Positions 39,001 through 54,000 of a stretch of 64,000 nt of DNA are shown piece by piece. This DNA is from Mobula hypostoma (lineage: Eukaryota). The stretch spans positions 42,596,001 through 42,660,000 of the forward strand of contig NC_086108.1 of the NCBI RefSeq assembly GCF_963921235.1, read 5' to 3'. The position numbers and the translations under genes are program-made. The notes below the pieces were generated by a model that saw nothing but the letters and a program-made list of their open reading frames with translations, did no database searches and had not been told where the DNA came from. Within the stretch, counting starts at the first letter, position 1, and every line of letters begins with the position of its first letter.

Positions 39001-42000
39001 AGATCCTACTCACGGGAATTAGTACTTTTTAAACAATCAAACTGCAACAATAATTATAAACCCATTTCTTTTTCATCAATTACTGGGAGAATGGTTGAAT
39101 TTACTACCATGATAAAAATTAGTGATCACACCTAGATGCACAGCATAGAATTCAAGTGGCAGTCAACCTAGATGTTTAGTTTTTACCCTGCAAAAAGTGT
39201 CCCAATGACCTACTCACATTAACCCACTGGACATTTGACAATTCTATAACGTACCCAGGTGTTGGACAAAGATTTTTATTTATCTAGTGTCTGCAAAGAT
39301 AAGCTTAGATAAAACTTGTACTTTTTGACAGCTTAAAAAGATGAACTATAGCTAAACAATAACTACTCCTTCAATGTTCAGAAATACAATGCCCTAAGGA
39401 AACTGTTCTTATGATTCTGCTATGATTTCACTCAGCTCTCTATATGTTTCCTATTCACAACAACTATGTGTTATGTAGACAAATAAAACTATAGACAGGA
39501 ACTCATCATGCTTGTCTTTTCCTAAAAAACAATTTTCCTTCATGTTCATACTTCAGCCTCTTGAAATAATCTTTCTAGATTTTGTCAGCTTATGAGGAAA
39601 GGTAAATGACATTTCCTTCTTATTTATCTATGACATCATATTTAGTGGAATGTAATTCCACAAAGTCTGATGCCTTAAGGTACAGGTATATGTAAATATC
39701 ACCAGAAGTCTTGAATATGCTATCATTCAAATTAAGATGAATATCTTTCAGTATACATTTGCTGGCTATTGATTCTTCTGAAAGTTCTGTACTTTCAAAA
39801 GCATATTCAAAGCAATCAAGCAGATGTAGTTGAACAAAAACAAAAACAGATGCACCAATTGTATTCTGACAAAAATAAGAGTTTTTGCATTAATGTAAAC
39901 TCATTGGGGTGGATTACACTGCATCATTCAAGGTGTAGCCTTTTTGCCTTTAGAGAAAGCAAAAGGTTATTTCACCTTCAGCTGAACAGCAACATCATAT
40001 TTGTTTTTAGCACGCTGAATTAAACACCATAAATTTGAACACTTTTTTAAAAACCACAGAAATATTTACCTGAGATTCATATGAAAGAAAGGAAATATTA
40101 ACTTCTTTGCAACGTTTTATGGGTTTTGCACTTGTAGTTTTTAACTGACTGAAGAGATTATCAGGACAATCTACAATTTAAAAAACAGGTTATTTCAGCA
40201 GCACTGAAGATCCACTTTTCTACATTTCACAGATCAAGTACTGTATATATTTAATAAAAGATTAAATTAGAGATATCAATATTCTGAGAGTCTATACCTC
40301 TGAACTAGTCTATCTCCACAGTCACACACCTTAGTTTCAGTCATTCTGGCAGTAAGTCAAAAGGGAGACACACTATTACTCTTCATAAAGGGCAATTGCA
40401 AATAAAGGCTAATTGCATTTAAAGGCTGAAGCAGCCATTCATGATCTCAAGGCTTTTAGCGTATGAGCAAACACTGTGACTAACAGAGACCTGAGCAATA
40501 AGAGGAATAAATTTACAATGAGAAATTGTCAATGAAGAGCTGTACTGAATGGGAGGACATGATAGTAGAGCATTTAAAACTGAGCCTCAAAACACAATGC
40601 AGCTACTCAACACAAGCCCAAGGTGGAAGCTTCCACTGGTGTGACATTTCTCTTTTAGAGCTTTAGTTCTAAGCTCCCTGAAATACAAAATTAGCTATAT
40701 AGCTGAGGTCAGTACTAACACCGACAATTCCCAAATGGTTTGCAATAACCTTCCAAACACTATGGACAGACACTTAATGAGGTGATAACATCTCTTTGAG
40801 CATAGAGGTATCAAGCTCATCTGGGAGCAAAGCCTTGTTGTTATCTATGTTGCTTGGTTTCATTTTTTATGAGATAATAGGACTCAAGACCTGCCAAAGC
40901 TGTTGAGCATCCCCCAGTGATTCAAGTTTTGTCCGGAATTACCATTTCGCACACGAGATGGCTTTCCGGAGATCGTACCTGGACCTCTTGTATCTTACTT
41001 GGTTGCCAGATCTGAATACCACTGATCTGGCCCTTGGCAGATTGCAGATCGCATGGTCACTCAGGGCTTCTGGTTGGGAAATTCTCTGAATGATTTTGTG
41101 GCGCACAGTCATCTATGACTGTTTTTATAAAGTCTGTGACAACTATGGTGTATTCATTCAGATCGTCTGATGAGCCTTTGAACACCAGGCAGTCCACTGA
41201 CTCATATCAAGCCCATAGCCTCTCCTCTGCTTCCTACAACTACCTCTTTGTTGCCCTCATCTCTGGAGCCTCGCTCTTTAGCCTCTGCCTGTGTGCAGGT
41301 AGGAGAAGGACAGCCAAGCAATCAGATTTCTCGAAATGCGGTTTGGCATGGAACGGTAGGTGTTCCTTCTTGTTCTACAGCAATGGTAGAGTGTGTTGGG
41401 ACCCCTGGTGCTGCAGGTTAAATACTGATGATAATTGGGCAGAGTTTTCAAACAAACAAGCCTGACTGAAGCCCCGAGTATGATTTAAAATGCATCAATT
41501 TGGACTGTTTCTTGTTTGGCGATGGCAGCATTCGATATCTCGAGTTTTCTGAACCCGTTTATGCTCATTCAGGCTTTAGATAATAAAGCATACAGACTGA
41601 TTTACTGAGTTGCCAATATGTTGACTTCAATTTAATGTGAAACGCCAAACCTTAACATATGGGAGCACAACTGGAAAATGTTAAACACAAAATAATCTGC
41701 AGATGCTGGGGTCAAAGCAACACTCACAACACGCTGGAGGAACTCAGCAGGTCGGGCAGCATCCGTGGAAAAGATCGGTCGACGTTTCGAGCCGGAACCC
41801 TTCGTCAGGACTGAAGAGGGAAGGGGCAGAGGCCCTATAAAGAAGGTGGGAGGAGGGTGGGAAGGAGAAGGCTGGTAGGTGCCAGGTGAAAAACCGGTAA
41901 GGGGAACGATAAAGGGGTGGGGGAGGGGAAGCAGGGAGGGGATAGGCAGGAAAGGTGAAGAAAGAATAGGGGAAAACACAATGGGTAGTAGAAGGAGGCG

Positions 42001-45000
42001 GAACCATGAGGGAGGTGATAGGCAGCTAGGGGAGGGGGCAGAGTGACATAGGGATAGGGGAAGGGAGAGGGAGGGAATTACCAGAAGTTGGAGAATTCTA
42101 TGTTCATACCAAGGAGCTGGAGACTACCTAGACGGTATATGAGGTGTTGATCCTCCAACCTGAGTTTAGCCCTCATCATGGCAGTAGAGGAGGCCATGTA
42201 TGGACATATCTGAATGGGAGTGGGAAGCAGAGTTGAAGTGGGTGGCTACTGGGAGATCCTGTCTGTTTTGGCGGATGGAGCGGAAATGCTCGACGAAGCG
42301 GTCCCCCAATCTGCGTCAGGTTTCACCAACGTAGAGGAGGCCGCACCAGGAGCACCGGATGCAATAGATGACCCCAACAGACTCTCAAGTGAAGTGTTGC
42401 CTCACTTGGAAGGACTGTTTGGGGCCCTGAATGGTGGCAAGAGAGGAGGTGTAGGGACAGGCGTAGCACTGGAAAATGTTAATTGGAACAAAATGACAAT
42501 GAGAAAGCATACAGGAGTGTGATAGGTTGCCTGGTTGAGTGGTGTCACAACAAACAACCTTACATTCAACATCAACAAGACCAAGGAATTGACTGTGACT
42601 TCAAGGTGGTGAAGGCCTTAGAACATGCACCAGTTCTCACTGAGGGATCAGCAGTGGAAAAGGTGATCAAGTTTAAGTCCAAGAGGCAGTGCCTCAAGAA
42701 GGCAGCATCCATCATTAAGGACCCTCACCAAAGGGGATATGCTCTCTCCTTGTTACTACTGCCAGGGGAAGGATTCTGAAGACCCACACTCAATGATTCA
42801 GGAGCAGTTCTTTCCCCTCTCCATGAACACCCGCTCACCGTTAATTCTTTACCTATTATTAATTCTGTAATTTTATGTCTTTGCACTGTAATGCTGCTGC
42901 AAAAGTACAAGTTTCACATCATATACGACAGTGATAATAAACCTGATTCTGAAAATCAAGTTTTTTAAAACTGTACTTGGATTCTGATTATGTCCCAGAC
43001 ACAATAAATAAATTACTCATACATATTAACAGTTTTAAGTCAGTTCAAGTCCCAGCTAAACTCTTAAATCTCCATTATTCAAAAGAAAATGCATTGGACT
43101 GAATAGTTCAGTCATCAATATTTCCTTCTCAAACAAAATAAATGCCCAAAGTATAATAATTCAGAATCCATAGCATTCTAGTTCCATCAGTTTAGCAATT
43201 ACCACCTGAACCAAACAAATTGATTTAAAATTTTAACATCACTATAACTGGAATTTACAAGCTCTATCTCTCACTCCAACATTGCTTACAAATTTACTTT
43301 AAAATATGATACAGGTTCCCATTGCATTTTGTTCAGATATCACTGGGCCTGAACTTGCATAAAAGTTCAACCCATAAGCTTCTGCTATTAAAGACCATAA
43401 GACATAGGAGCAGAATTAAACCATTTGGCCCATTGAGTCTGCTCTGCCATTTGATCCTAGCTGATCCATTTCCCTCTCATCCCCATTCTCCTGCCTTCTC
43501 CTCATAACTTTTCATGCCCTGACTTATGAGGATTTTTTAAATAATACCTCAGAAATCTCTGCACTAATTTTAATGTGAGAAAGTCAAGTCACAGTTTTTC
43601 TCAGATGGGTCATGTAGCTTTAGCGCTCAGTGACATTTCATTTAGAGAAATTTATATTATTCATACATCTGAAAGGCAGGACAGCACATTATATCTACAA
43701 AACACAATTGCTTGCTCCTCAGTATCAACAAAGCAGGAAACATTGGATTAAAGGGAAAGAAGTCCAATTCGGGACCTTAAGTAAAGACAAGTTTAAATCT
43801 ATGTCTACATAGTAGACATTAGCAAAATGCCAAATACTAATTTGGGTTTTATCCACCAATGAAACAGTAACAAAAACAACACCCATTAGTAAGCCTTAAC
43901 CAATGCATCAATACTGACTAGCTCAAGCCAACGCACATAAAATGCTGGAGGAACTCAGCAGGCCAAGCAGCATCTATGGAAAAAAGTACAGCCAACGTTT
44001 TGGGCCAGAACCCTTCGTCAAGACTAGAGGAAAAAAGCTGAGGAGTAGATTTAAAAGGTGGGGGCGGGGAGGGGAGAGAGAAACAGCAGGCGATAGGTGA
44101 AACCTGGAGGGGGAGGGATGAATTAAAGAGCTGGGAAGTTGATCGGTGAAAGAGACAGAAGGCTATGGAAGAAAAAATAAGGGGAGAGGAGCACCAGAGG
44201 GAGGGAAGGGGTTAGCAAAGAGGTAAAATGAAGTAGGGAAAAGGAGATGGGAAATCGTGAAGGGGGTGGAGGGTGGGGCATTACCTGAAGTTTGAGAAAT
44301 CGATGTTCATGCCATCAGGTTGGAGGCAACCCAAACGGAATACAAGGTGCTGTTCCTCCAACCTAAGTGTGCCCTCATCATGACAGTGGAGGAGGCCATG
44401 GAAGGACATATTGGAATGGGAACAGGAAGTGGAATTAAAATGGATGGTCACTGGGAGATCCTGCTTGTTCTGGTGGACGGAGCAAAGATGCTCAGCGAAG
44501 CGGTCTCCCAGTCTATGTCAGGTCTCACTGATATACAGGAGGCCATACTGGAAGCACTGAGCACAGTAAACGACCCCAACAGATTCACAGGTGAAATGTT
44601 GCCTATTGCCTCTCTCTGTTGCTCCTCCCTCTTTTTTTTTCTTCCATGGCTTTCTGTCTCTTTCACCAATCAACTTCCCAGCTCTTTACTTCATCCCTCC
44701 CCCTTCAGGTTTCACCTGTCATCTGGAGTTTCTCTCTCCCTTCCTACCACCTTTTAAATCTACTCCTCAGCTTTTTTTCTCCAGTCCTGCCGAAGGGTTT
44801 CGGCCTGAAACGTCAACTGTACTTTTTTTTCCATGGATGCTGCCTGGACTGCAGAGTCCCTTCAGCATTTTGTGTGTGTTGTTCAGATTTCCAGCATCTG
44901 CAGATTTTCTCTTGCTTGTGATTTGATTACCAGTTCCGGCCATGTAAGTCTCAAAATGACAGTCCAGTTATGTTTAGGCTAAAACATATCCGATATAGCA

Positions 45001-48000
45001 ATGAATGACACCAAATAAAATGAAGTGACTTACAGTCAGTGAAGTAAACATAAGCTGCTTTATAATTGTTCTTTTTTCTGAAGTCATTTATAAGTGCATC
45101 TACAGACTGAAACATAAAAGAATTGCTTGTACAGATAGAGATCATTAAATAGGACAATTTACGGGTTATTCATACATAATACACTTTCCCCTTTTATATT
45201 CAAAAGTTTCAACATTGAGTTTTGAACATTTGCTTTAAAATCAATATAAAGATTTTTGTAAATGTTCAAAAGAGTTTGTAAATATAAAGGTTTATGTAAA
45301 TATTAATATCTCTACAAATAAAAATAGTGTATTCTGCATTTATTCATTAAATTTTACACCAATAATAATGCATATAGCTTAACAATAAAAGTTCAGCACA
45401 CTAATGAAGACAATCTTCATTACTGCATTTCTATTTTTAAATAAGATTATACATATTTTCCCTCCATGCCAAAATTAAAATGTTCTGAAGAGGTAGTGAA
45501 AATAAATTCTTTGAGCTACAGTTCCGTAATGCTGAATCAGGAACATGCCTTCCTCATTCTGCGTGCTTTATTAAACATTAGGGAAAAATACCTTTTCTGT
45601 TGGAGTAATGAAGTAGATAGCCTTCATGTTTGGAACTGGCTCACGGATTTTGTGTAGGTCTTCAACAACTAGAATCAAAGCATTTATAGTAAGTACGATT
45701 CCAAAATAATCACTGGAAATGTTTATATCACGGGCAAACACAAAAATCCAGCTGTCACATTCTTGACAGTAGACAACAGGATCGGAACTCCCTCTTAATA
45801 TTTGCACATAATATGGCAACTTAAAGTTTGGGCTTTAGTGACCAAAGGACTGTGCCCACCATGCATCTTCACCCAAAGAACAAGGAGAATGAATAGAATA
45901 AATTAGTATGCAACAGTAATATCATTGCATATCTACACGAAGTGTTGTCACAGGAAAGCAGCATCTAGCATCAAGGAATCACCCCTACTCTCCAGGTCAT
46001 GCTCTCTTCTCACTGCTGCCGTCAGGAAGAGGAACTGTTATTACCCCTCAACCATCAGGCTCTTGAACCAGAGAGGATAACTTCACTCACCCCATCGATG
46101 AACTGCCCACAATCTATGAGCTCACTTTCCAGGACTTTTCACCTCATGTTCTTGATATTTATTATTATTATTACTTTTTTTTTGTACTTGCACAATTTGT
46201 TTCCTTTTGCACATTGATGGCAGTCATTCTTTGATTCTACTGTGTTTTTTGTATTTACTGTGAATGCCCACAAGAAAATGAATCGCAGGGTTGTATATAG
46301 TGAGTATTCTGCCGTTCAGGCAATTCATTTATGTTTTTCTATACAATTAACCGCATTCAGCTTATATTGAGCAGTTTAATTAACAGTTTCTGATCTATAT
46401 TAGGTCACTTCCTGTATTGCCAGCAAGTCATAAAATAGAAAAGCACATTGGCTGGCAGAAGGCCAGAGGTTTATGTTAGGAGCGAAAGAAGCTTCTACCT
46501 AAAGCCATCCCGTTGCTTCCACAACAGAAGCATTGCTTGTAGGTTGATGTTATATTGTTTAGAAACTAACCTAAAGATGTCAACAAGATTTTGCCGAAAT
46601 AGAATGTTATTTTTGAGTTTATTGGACACTAACCAGGATGCTAATGGTTCACATACTATTTACCTGTAGTATTTATTTGTCAGAATCCCGCAGGAAACTT
46701 CACTAAGTTCTTATTTACCTGTGCATATTTATTTGTGTGAATAGAACAAGGTGATAATTGTACTGTATTTTGTTTTTCACTTTCACTCCTTACTCTCAAT
46801 GTCATGCCACTGAGTCTGCAATAAACCCAAGGAGCTTGGAGGTTATACCCTGACTCTCGCGTCATTTTTGACTGGAGTTTGGCTGACTGTCTAGTTGATG
46901 TTACAACATCTCAGCAAGGACAGTACAGTGACATACATGTACTTTGATAATAAATTTACTTTGAACTTTTGAATAAAAGCAAAGAGTTCTAAGTGTTTTT
47001 TTTTGTTGCTCTACATCCGTGGCTTTAAAAGACAATTAATTCAAACAATTTATTTCATTATAAGGATGGATCAACTCATCACATGGGTTATTGGATCACT
47101 CAATGTAATAAAATACTCAATCCAAATAGCAATTGGGAAAATGTATGTAATAATTAGTTTTCCATCTATTTTTTGATGACTAGCATAATCATTGAAATTT
47201 TACTCCTATAACATGCCAGCCCTTTGTACAGGAATTTTCTCGATCCCATTCCTCCTCCTGTTTGCTGCAGCCCTACAAACTATTCAAATACCCTTTCAAA
47301 GCCTTGAATAACTGTGTTCCTACCTTCCTTATTGGCAGTAAATTCCAGGTCACCACACTCTGCTCAAACAAGCTTTTCTTCACAAATTCTTATTAAACTT
47401 TGGCCTGTCATTTTAAATTGGATTACCTTGATCTATGAACTAGTAAAGTCATCAACTTCTATTTACCATCACCATTATTAAATTTCCCCTCAGCCTTCTA
47501 CACTTCAAGAAAAATAAACCCATGTTCACTGGTGTCACACTGCAATCTCTCGGCCCTGGAATCATTCCTGTAAAATCCTTTTCTAACTCCTCCAATGATC
47601 TCAATACCCTTCCTGAAGTCTAATGGCCAGAATTACCCCAATGTGGCCTTACCTGTTTTATAATCTCCTCACTAGCATTCTTCCCTTTAATTATAAAGCC
47701 CAGGATACCAAATACTTTGCTAACAGCTTTCTTTACAAGTCCTGCCACTTACACACAGGTCCCTCTGTTCCTCAACAGTCTTTTTAGTTCTTATATAATA
47801 TTTTCTCTATTGTTCGATTGAATTTTTGTATCATCCAGGACAGAACTAGCAGTTTTTTTTAAAATCACAATAGGAGCACATCAAAACAATTTGCATACAA
47901 TAGTGATGTGCATTTGGAAAGATCTCATTAAATCCACATGGGATCAGACTGTAATGTTAGAAAAGTGACATCTGTGCATCAAGTAATAACCTTTTTGATG

Positions 48001-51000
48001 ATCCAAAATTGGATTTGAAAAATCTGATGGTGAATTCTAATCATTTTGTGTGTCATCTGACATCATGTTTTTCTCTAGTTAATTAAACTTAAACCATTAA
48101 CATTGAATGTTCAACACAGAATTCAACAGATTTTCATCTCTCAATGTACATGATGACAAAACATTGCTAAACTAAGAATGCAAGTAGACATATCAGATTT
48201 ATCATTTCTATTGTTTCTACAGAATATTTTAAATGAACGGAGAACTTGTAAAGCTGAGGGAACAGTCAATTATAAAAAGGAAATTCATCTAATAATGTAC
48301 TTTTATTTCCTTTGTAACATGATTGAATTATTGAAAAGACTGGGTTTAGAAATTGAGAAAACAGAGATAGGCAGAAAGGAGAACTCAAATCACAAAACTA
48401 TGATATTTCTTTACTTTATAAGTCATGGCACAGTTGAGTTTACAAATAAACTGGTAATTGAAATTAAAAAATGGAAGGTTATCCAGCATCAGTCATAGTA
48501 CTCTTAAGTACATACCGCTGATCTTTTCAGCCATAAGTGTGGATATTTTGCAGCAAGACGAAAGAAGCCTTGTGGTGTAATGGTCCAAAATAAGTATCTG
48601 TAAGTAAAAAATGACAGCTTGAGATTCTTCCCAAACAAGAGAAATCTGCAGATGCTGGAGATCCAAGCAACACACACAAAATGCTTGAGGAACTCAGCAG
48701 GCCAGGGAGCATCTATGAAAAAGAGTATAGTCCACGTTTCGGCCCAAAGTGTCAACTATACTCTTTTCCATAGATGCTTCCAGGCCTGCTGAGTTCCTCC
48801 AGTATTTTGTGTGTGTAGCTTGACATCCTTGCAGTGGTATAGTTAATTTCATCTGGTTTATACCATAGTTGCAATAGAAAAACAAGCTAAATATTTTCTG
48901 AAACATTCTGCTTATTGACTACAATAGTATTTTTATGCCACTTACTCTTCTATTCTTCTTCATAAGGAACTAACTCTACTCTGGATGTGGTTCAACACCA
49001 CTTAGGGATGGCCATTTCTAATATGTATATATCAACAAGGACGCAAATTGTTGACTATAGAGCACGGGGGAATCATAGTACAACTACATTTTATCCCAGT
49101 AAACATTTTTGGAAAGCAATCAAGGGTGGAAGGGTGGAACCTCTCCCACTCCCCCCTACCCCCACAACACAGCACATTTGGTTACCATGATGTTTTATGA
49201 TTAACTTAGGGTCAAAAAACTGAAATACCCCAGAAGGCAAATTTGATGTATTGCTACTGACGTGTTGGGTTGAAATATGGAGAGAAGAGGGATGAAAAAA
49301 GAAGGCAAATTAAGTAAACATTTAAGGTTCTGTTGTGATCATCTTCATAACCCTCAACATACATACAAGGAAAATACTGTAATAGTTGGAAGATAAATTT
49401 GTTGGTTTTGATCTGAGATCACTTAAAATTTAAATGTATACATAAACTACAATCCTAGCATTCCCAATAAAAATGTGCAAAATATAAAAAATTAACATAT
49501 AAATTGTGCAAAGGAATTGATACATTTGCAAAAGACCGCTCCCACTTATATTGGAAACTTCCTACAAAAAGTACTTTTAGCATTTCCTCCTTAGGAGGTC
49601 AGAGATCCTGGGGACAAATTGAGACAGAAAAATGTCAGTAACCTAAAATGTTAAAGATAGTATGGAAACACTTTAAGATTATCAGTACTATACCATTCAA
49701 GAATATTGTATGATGGGAGTTATTTTTTTCCATCTGTGATCCATTAAAACAATCTAAGTTATTCATTTACCTCTGTTTCCACAATGTAGCCATTACAGGC
49801 TAGGCATTTATTGCTCAGTGCTAATTGTCTTTGAGAAGGTGCTGATAAGCCACATTCTGCAATCTTTCTGGTGAAGCCACTCATATAATGATGTTGGGAC
49901 CATGACTGAGACCAGCAATTTATTTCCCAGGTCAGGACGGTACATGCCATGGAGAGGAATATCCTTTTTTTAAATTTTTTTTTTAATTTTATTTTTATTT
50001 GGATAAGGAGTTCACAATTATCATGTACTTTTTTCACACATATAACCTTTTCCATTTTTTTATATGTATAAAACTACAATTATTTATACATTCTTAAGAA
50101 CACATTGAGATGATATAAAAGCAAAATAAACATTTAAATAGATAATTATGTACTGTGGAAAATCTAACCTATTAGGCTAAGTAATGAAATTAGTTGTTAA
50201 AAAAAATGGTAATAATAGTTTCCATACAACCCTTCTGGACCATTTCCACTGGTCCAAAATGTTGCATACAAGCCTATATACCAACCATTGTAGGTGTTTA
50301 TATCCCAATTTGTTCGTGCTTGTTCCTGCCCGCAGACATAATTATCCAATCCCTATGTACTTATTTACTTAATTTCCCAAATCCTTTCCCAAATCTTTCC
50401 CATTACTTGTGTTAATTCTCTATTTTCCAAAAAAAAACAACAAACATTTAGACTAGGGGTGCTTACGTTAGCAATATTACTGTGTTGATGAGAAGAGCAA
50501 TATAAATCATTAGGAGAGTCATCTAAAGTCTGCTCGCATTGGAGTTATATATTCAATCCATTTATTCCAGATTTGATAAAATGTTTCTTTTTGAGTTCTC
50601 AGGGAGTAAGTCAACTTTTCCATTTTAAGTATTTCCAAGATAATTTCGTACCAATCTTCTAATGTAGGTGGTATTGGATTTAGCCATTTTCTAGTGATTG
50701 ATTTCTTACTTGCCGCTAAGAGGGCCTGCAGCAACTTTATATCTTCCTTCTGTTCAAGGAACAATACATGCCCCAAATAGAGCGTCTCAAAGTTCAGAGG
50801 TATCTGGGACCTAAGTACCTTAACTAATGTTCTATGAATACCTTCCCAAAATAGACTTAATTTAGGGCAATCCCAGAAAATATGAAAATGATTTGCCTCC
50901 TTGGAGCCGCACCTTCTCCAACACATCACATTTGTATCTTTATATTTTTCCTGATATGGGGTCTTGAAGTATCTTATAATGTTTTTCCAACAATGTTCTC

Positions 51001-54000
51001 TCCAAGTCAAAGAATTAGTCGAGGACCATTGAAAGCTGCAGATTTTCCCCCAAGCCTCCTCTGAAAGTACCAACCCCGCTTCTTTCTCCCACTTCTCTTT
51101 AATATACAGTGTATTTACATTTTTAGCATGGGAGAGTGCATTATATAGGCGAGAAACTGATTTACTAGGTATTGAACTGCAAGCCGAATTCAGAAACTTG
51201 AAAAATTCTAATTCTACTGTTGATAGGTCTGTATATCTACAACTCTGGTTAACATAGTTTCGTATTTGAAGGTACCTAAAAAAGTCATTATGTTCTAGGC
51301 CATGTTTGTCCTGCAGGATTTGGAAACTTTGTAATACTCTTTTATCTATAAATGAGAGGTAGGTTGTAAAACCTTTCTTTATCCATAGCTCAAATCTTTT
51401 ATCTCCTCTGTTGGGAAGGAATTCGGTATCATATGCACACCATCTAAAGAGTTTTAGCATGTTATTAATTCCACATGAATTAACCACCTTCTGCCATACT
51501 TTTAATGTAAGATTTATCCAAGCATTATTAAATTTTTCCAACTGGGCCATCAATCCTTTGTCAGCTATTGAGGCCTGAAGAGGAAAACTGTCAACTAATC
51601 CAAATTCTATTTCCTTCCATCTAGCCTCATATTCCCTATTACACCAATATAACAGAGGGGTTATCTGTGAGGCATAAAAATAATTTCTCAGGCAAGGAAG
51701 AACCATACCTCCTCTTTCCTTCCCTAACTGTAAGGTGTTATATCGAATTCTAGGTTTACTTCCTTGCCAAATGAAGCGGGAAATCCATTGGAGGGGAATA
51801 TCCAACACTCAGTGAACCTTAGTTTACCCTGGACCTTCTTTGTGACACAAGTCACAAATTTGGTCAGCACTGGCCTTATGTACATCCCATTGCCCATGTT
51901 CTGGATCCTCCTGACTAGCATCTTTGGAATCATTATTTTGCCCGTATTTATGTAATAATGAACCCACTGCTTGGGGTCCAATTTATGTATTGTTATGAAC
52001 CCTGAAGTTCTGCAGAGCTCTGAGGAACATAACCCAGATCAGTCACTTGCTCCATCTTCTGTAACCTTCAGCAAACCCTTTAAATCTTTGATAGGGTAAA
52101 GCATTAATCATGCCCTGATGCCAGCACAATGATCACAAGTAACAAAGGATCAAACAAATGGACATACAAGAATTTTTTTATTTATACTTGGAGCATTATG
52201 AAAGCCTATTGAAAACTAATGAGGTTTCAAAGACAAGTATCATTTGATTACAGCAGTGTTTACAGAAGTAATTCTTATTTAAATTCTATAAATTAACAAG
52301 AGAAAAGTAAACATCAATTTTCATAGGATCCTTCATATTTAAATGACTCAAATTGGTTAACACAATTTTAGAGTGCAATATTTCTTACTCAGGAGGTACC
52401 CAGACAATGATATTATGCAATTACACAGATTTTTCTATCACTGAAGGATACTTACAATTGGTTAGTTTGCTAGCAACCTCTTTGCAACATGTTCAGAAAC
52501 AAAAATCCCAACCTTCTGATACAAGGTCTTCAATAAGAAACATGATTTCCACATTTGCTACCTGACTTGCTGAGTTTTTCCAGCATTTTCAGTTTCATTT
52601 CACATTCCCAGCATTAGCAGCATTTTTTTTTTTTTTTTTGCTTTTTCAACTCTGAATTTGCTTTCATTTCTTTATACAAAATTTCTTCTTTTAAAAATAA
52701 TGCAAGACAAATCAAGATGTTTGGAAACCGTGACCTACTGGAATTACACTGGACAACAAAGACCTTGCTTTCTGAACACGTTTGGGTGTATCTTATGGAT
52801 TTTGGGCTGCTAAGCATGAATTTCCCAATCATGCACCATTTTTTAAAAATCACCTATATCTGTTATTTCAATTCATAATTCAAGTCAATTAAAATGTTAC
52901 CCACAATGTAAGCTGAAAAGATTTCTATCTTATCCAAGCATGCCTGGCCATGCTTAGGCAAGGCAGATGCTGCCTGGCAGGATAGGTTTTGGAAAGGCTA
53001 CACTGCGCTTACATGTATATCAGTTTGCGATCATGTGGGTGTATGTTCTACACGCACAGCATATTGTGTGTACTCATTACAATAAAGTAATTCTACTTTC
53101 AGGATTATTTGCGATAGCAAAATGTCTCGCCAATGTAGCTACAGCTATGATACTTTCTGCTATATTTGCGGCAAGTATACGTTTAAATCTCAATTCGGAC
53201 CTCCTCTTATTAAGAAAGTCTATGAACTCTACTTCATGTGTAAAATTGCTGCCCAAGACAAAGCCTGGGCTCCTCACATTTGTTGCACAACATGCGCTGT
53301 CAATGTTAGAGCTTGGCTCAAAGGTACTCAGAAGTCAATGTCGCTCTCTGCCCTGATGGTATGGCGAGAGCAGAAGGATCATATGACAGACTGCTACTCC
53401 AGTCTGACCAGTGTGTTCAGTTTCTCTGATAAAACAAGAAATCCATTGAATACCCCGATCTCCCTTCAGCCATGAGACCTATACTGCATGATGATAGCCT
53501 TCCAGTACAGAAGCCACCATCGACATGGAGTTTAGAGGAGGCAGACAGATGAGCTAGGAATGGAAAACAACAGTGGTATTGATACAGATTTTGAACCCTT
53601 TATGTCAAGTGAGCGTCAACTGATAACTCAATCTGAGTTAAATGACCTGGTCAGAGACTTGGATTTGTCAACAGTAGAAGCAGAATCACTGTGTTCAAGA
53701 CTGCAAGGATGGAATCTGTTGTCACCAGGCACAAAAATTTCCGTCTTTCGAGCCATCAAGAAGATTTGACGCAATTCTTTGGTCAGGTTGATAATCTGTG
53801 TTTCTGTGCTGGTATTTATGGCCTTTTGACTGCTTTGGATTGTCAGCATGACCCACTATTATAGCATCCTTTTATTCATTCCTCAGTGTTAAGCCTGAAA
53901 GCTGTGTTCTACACCACGGCAATATCCACCCTTCAATACTGTTATTTCATTTGCAAATTGGACAGCCATACTAAAGAATCTCATTATTACAAAAAGGATT

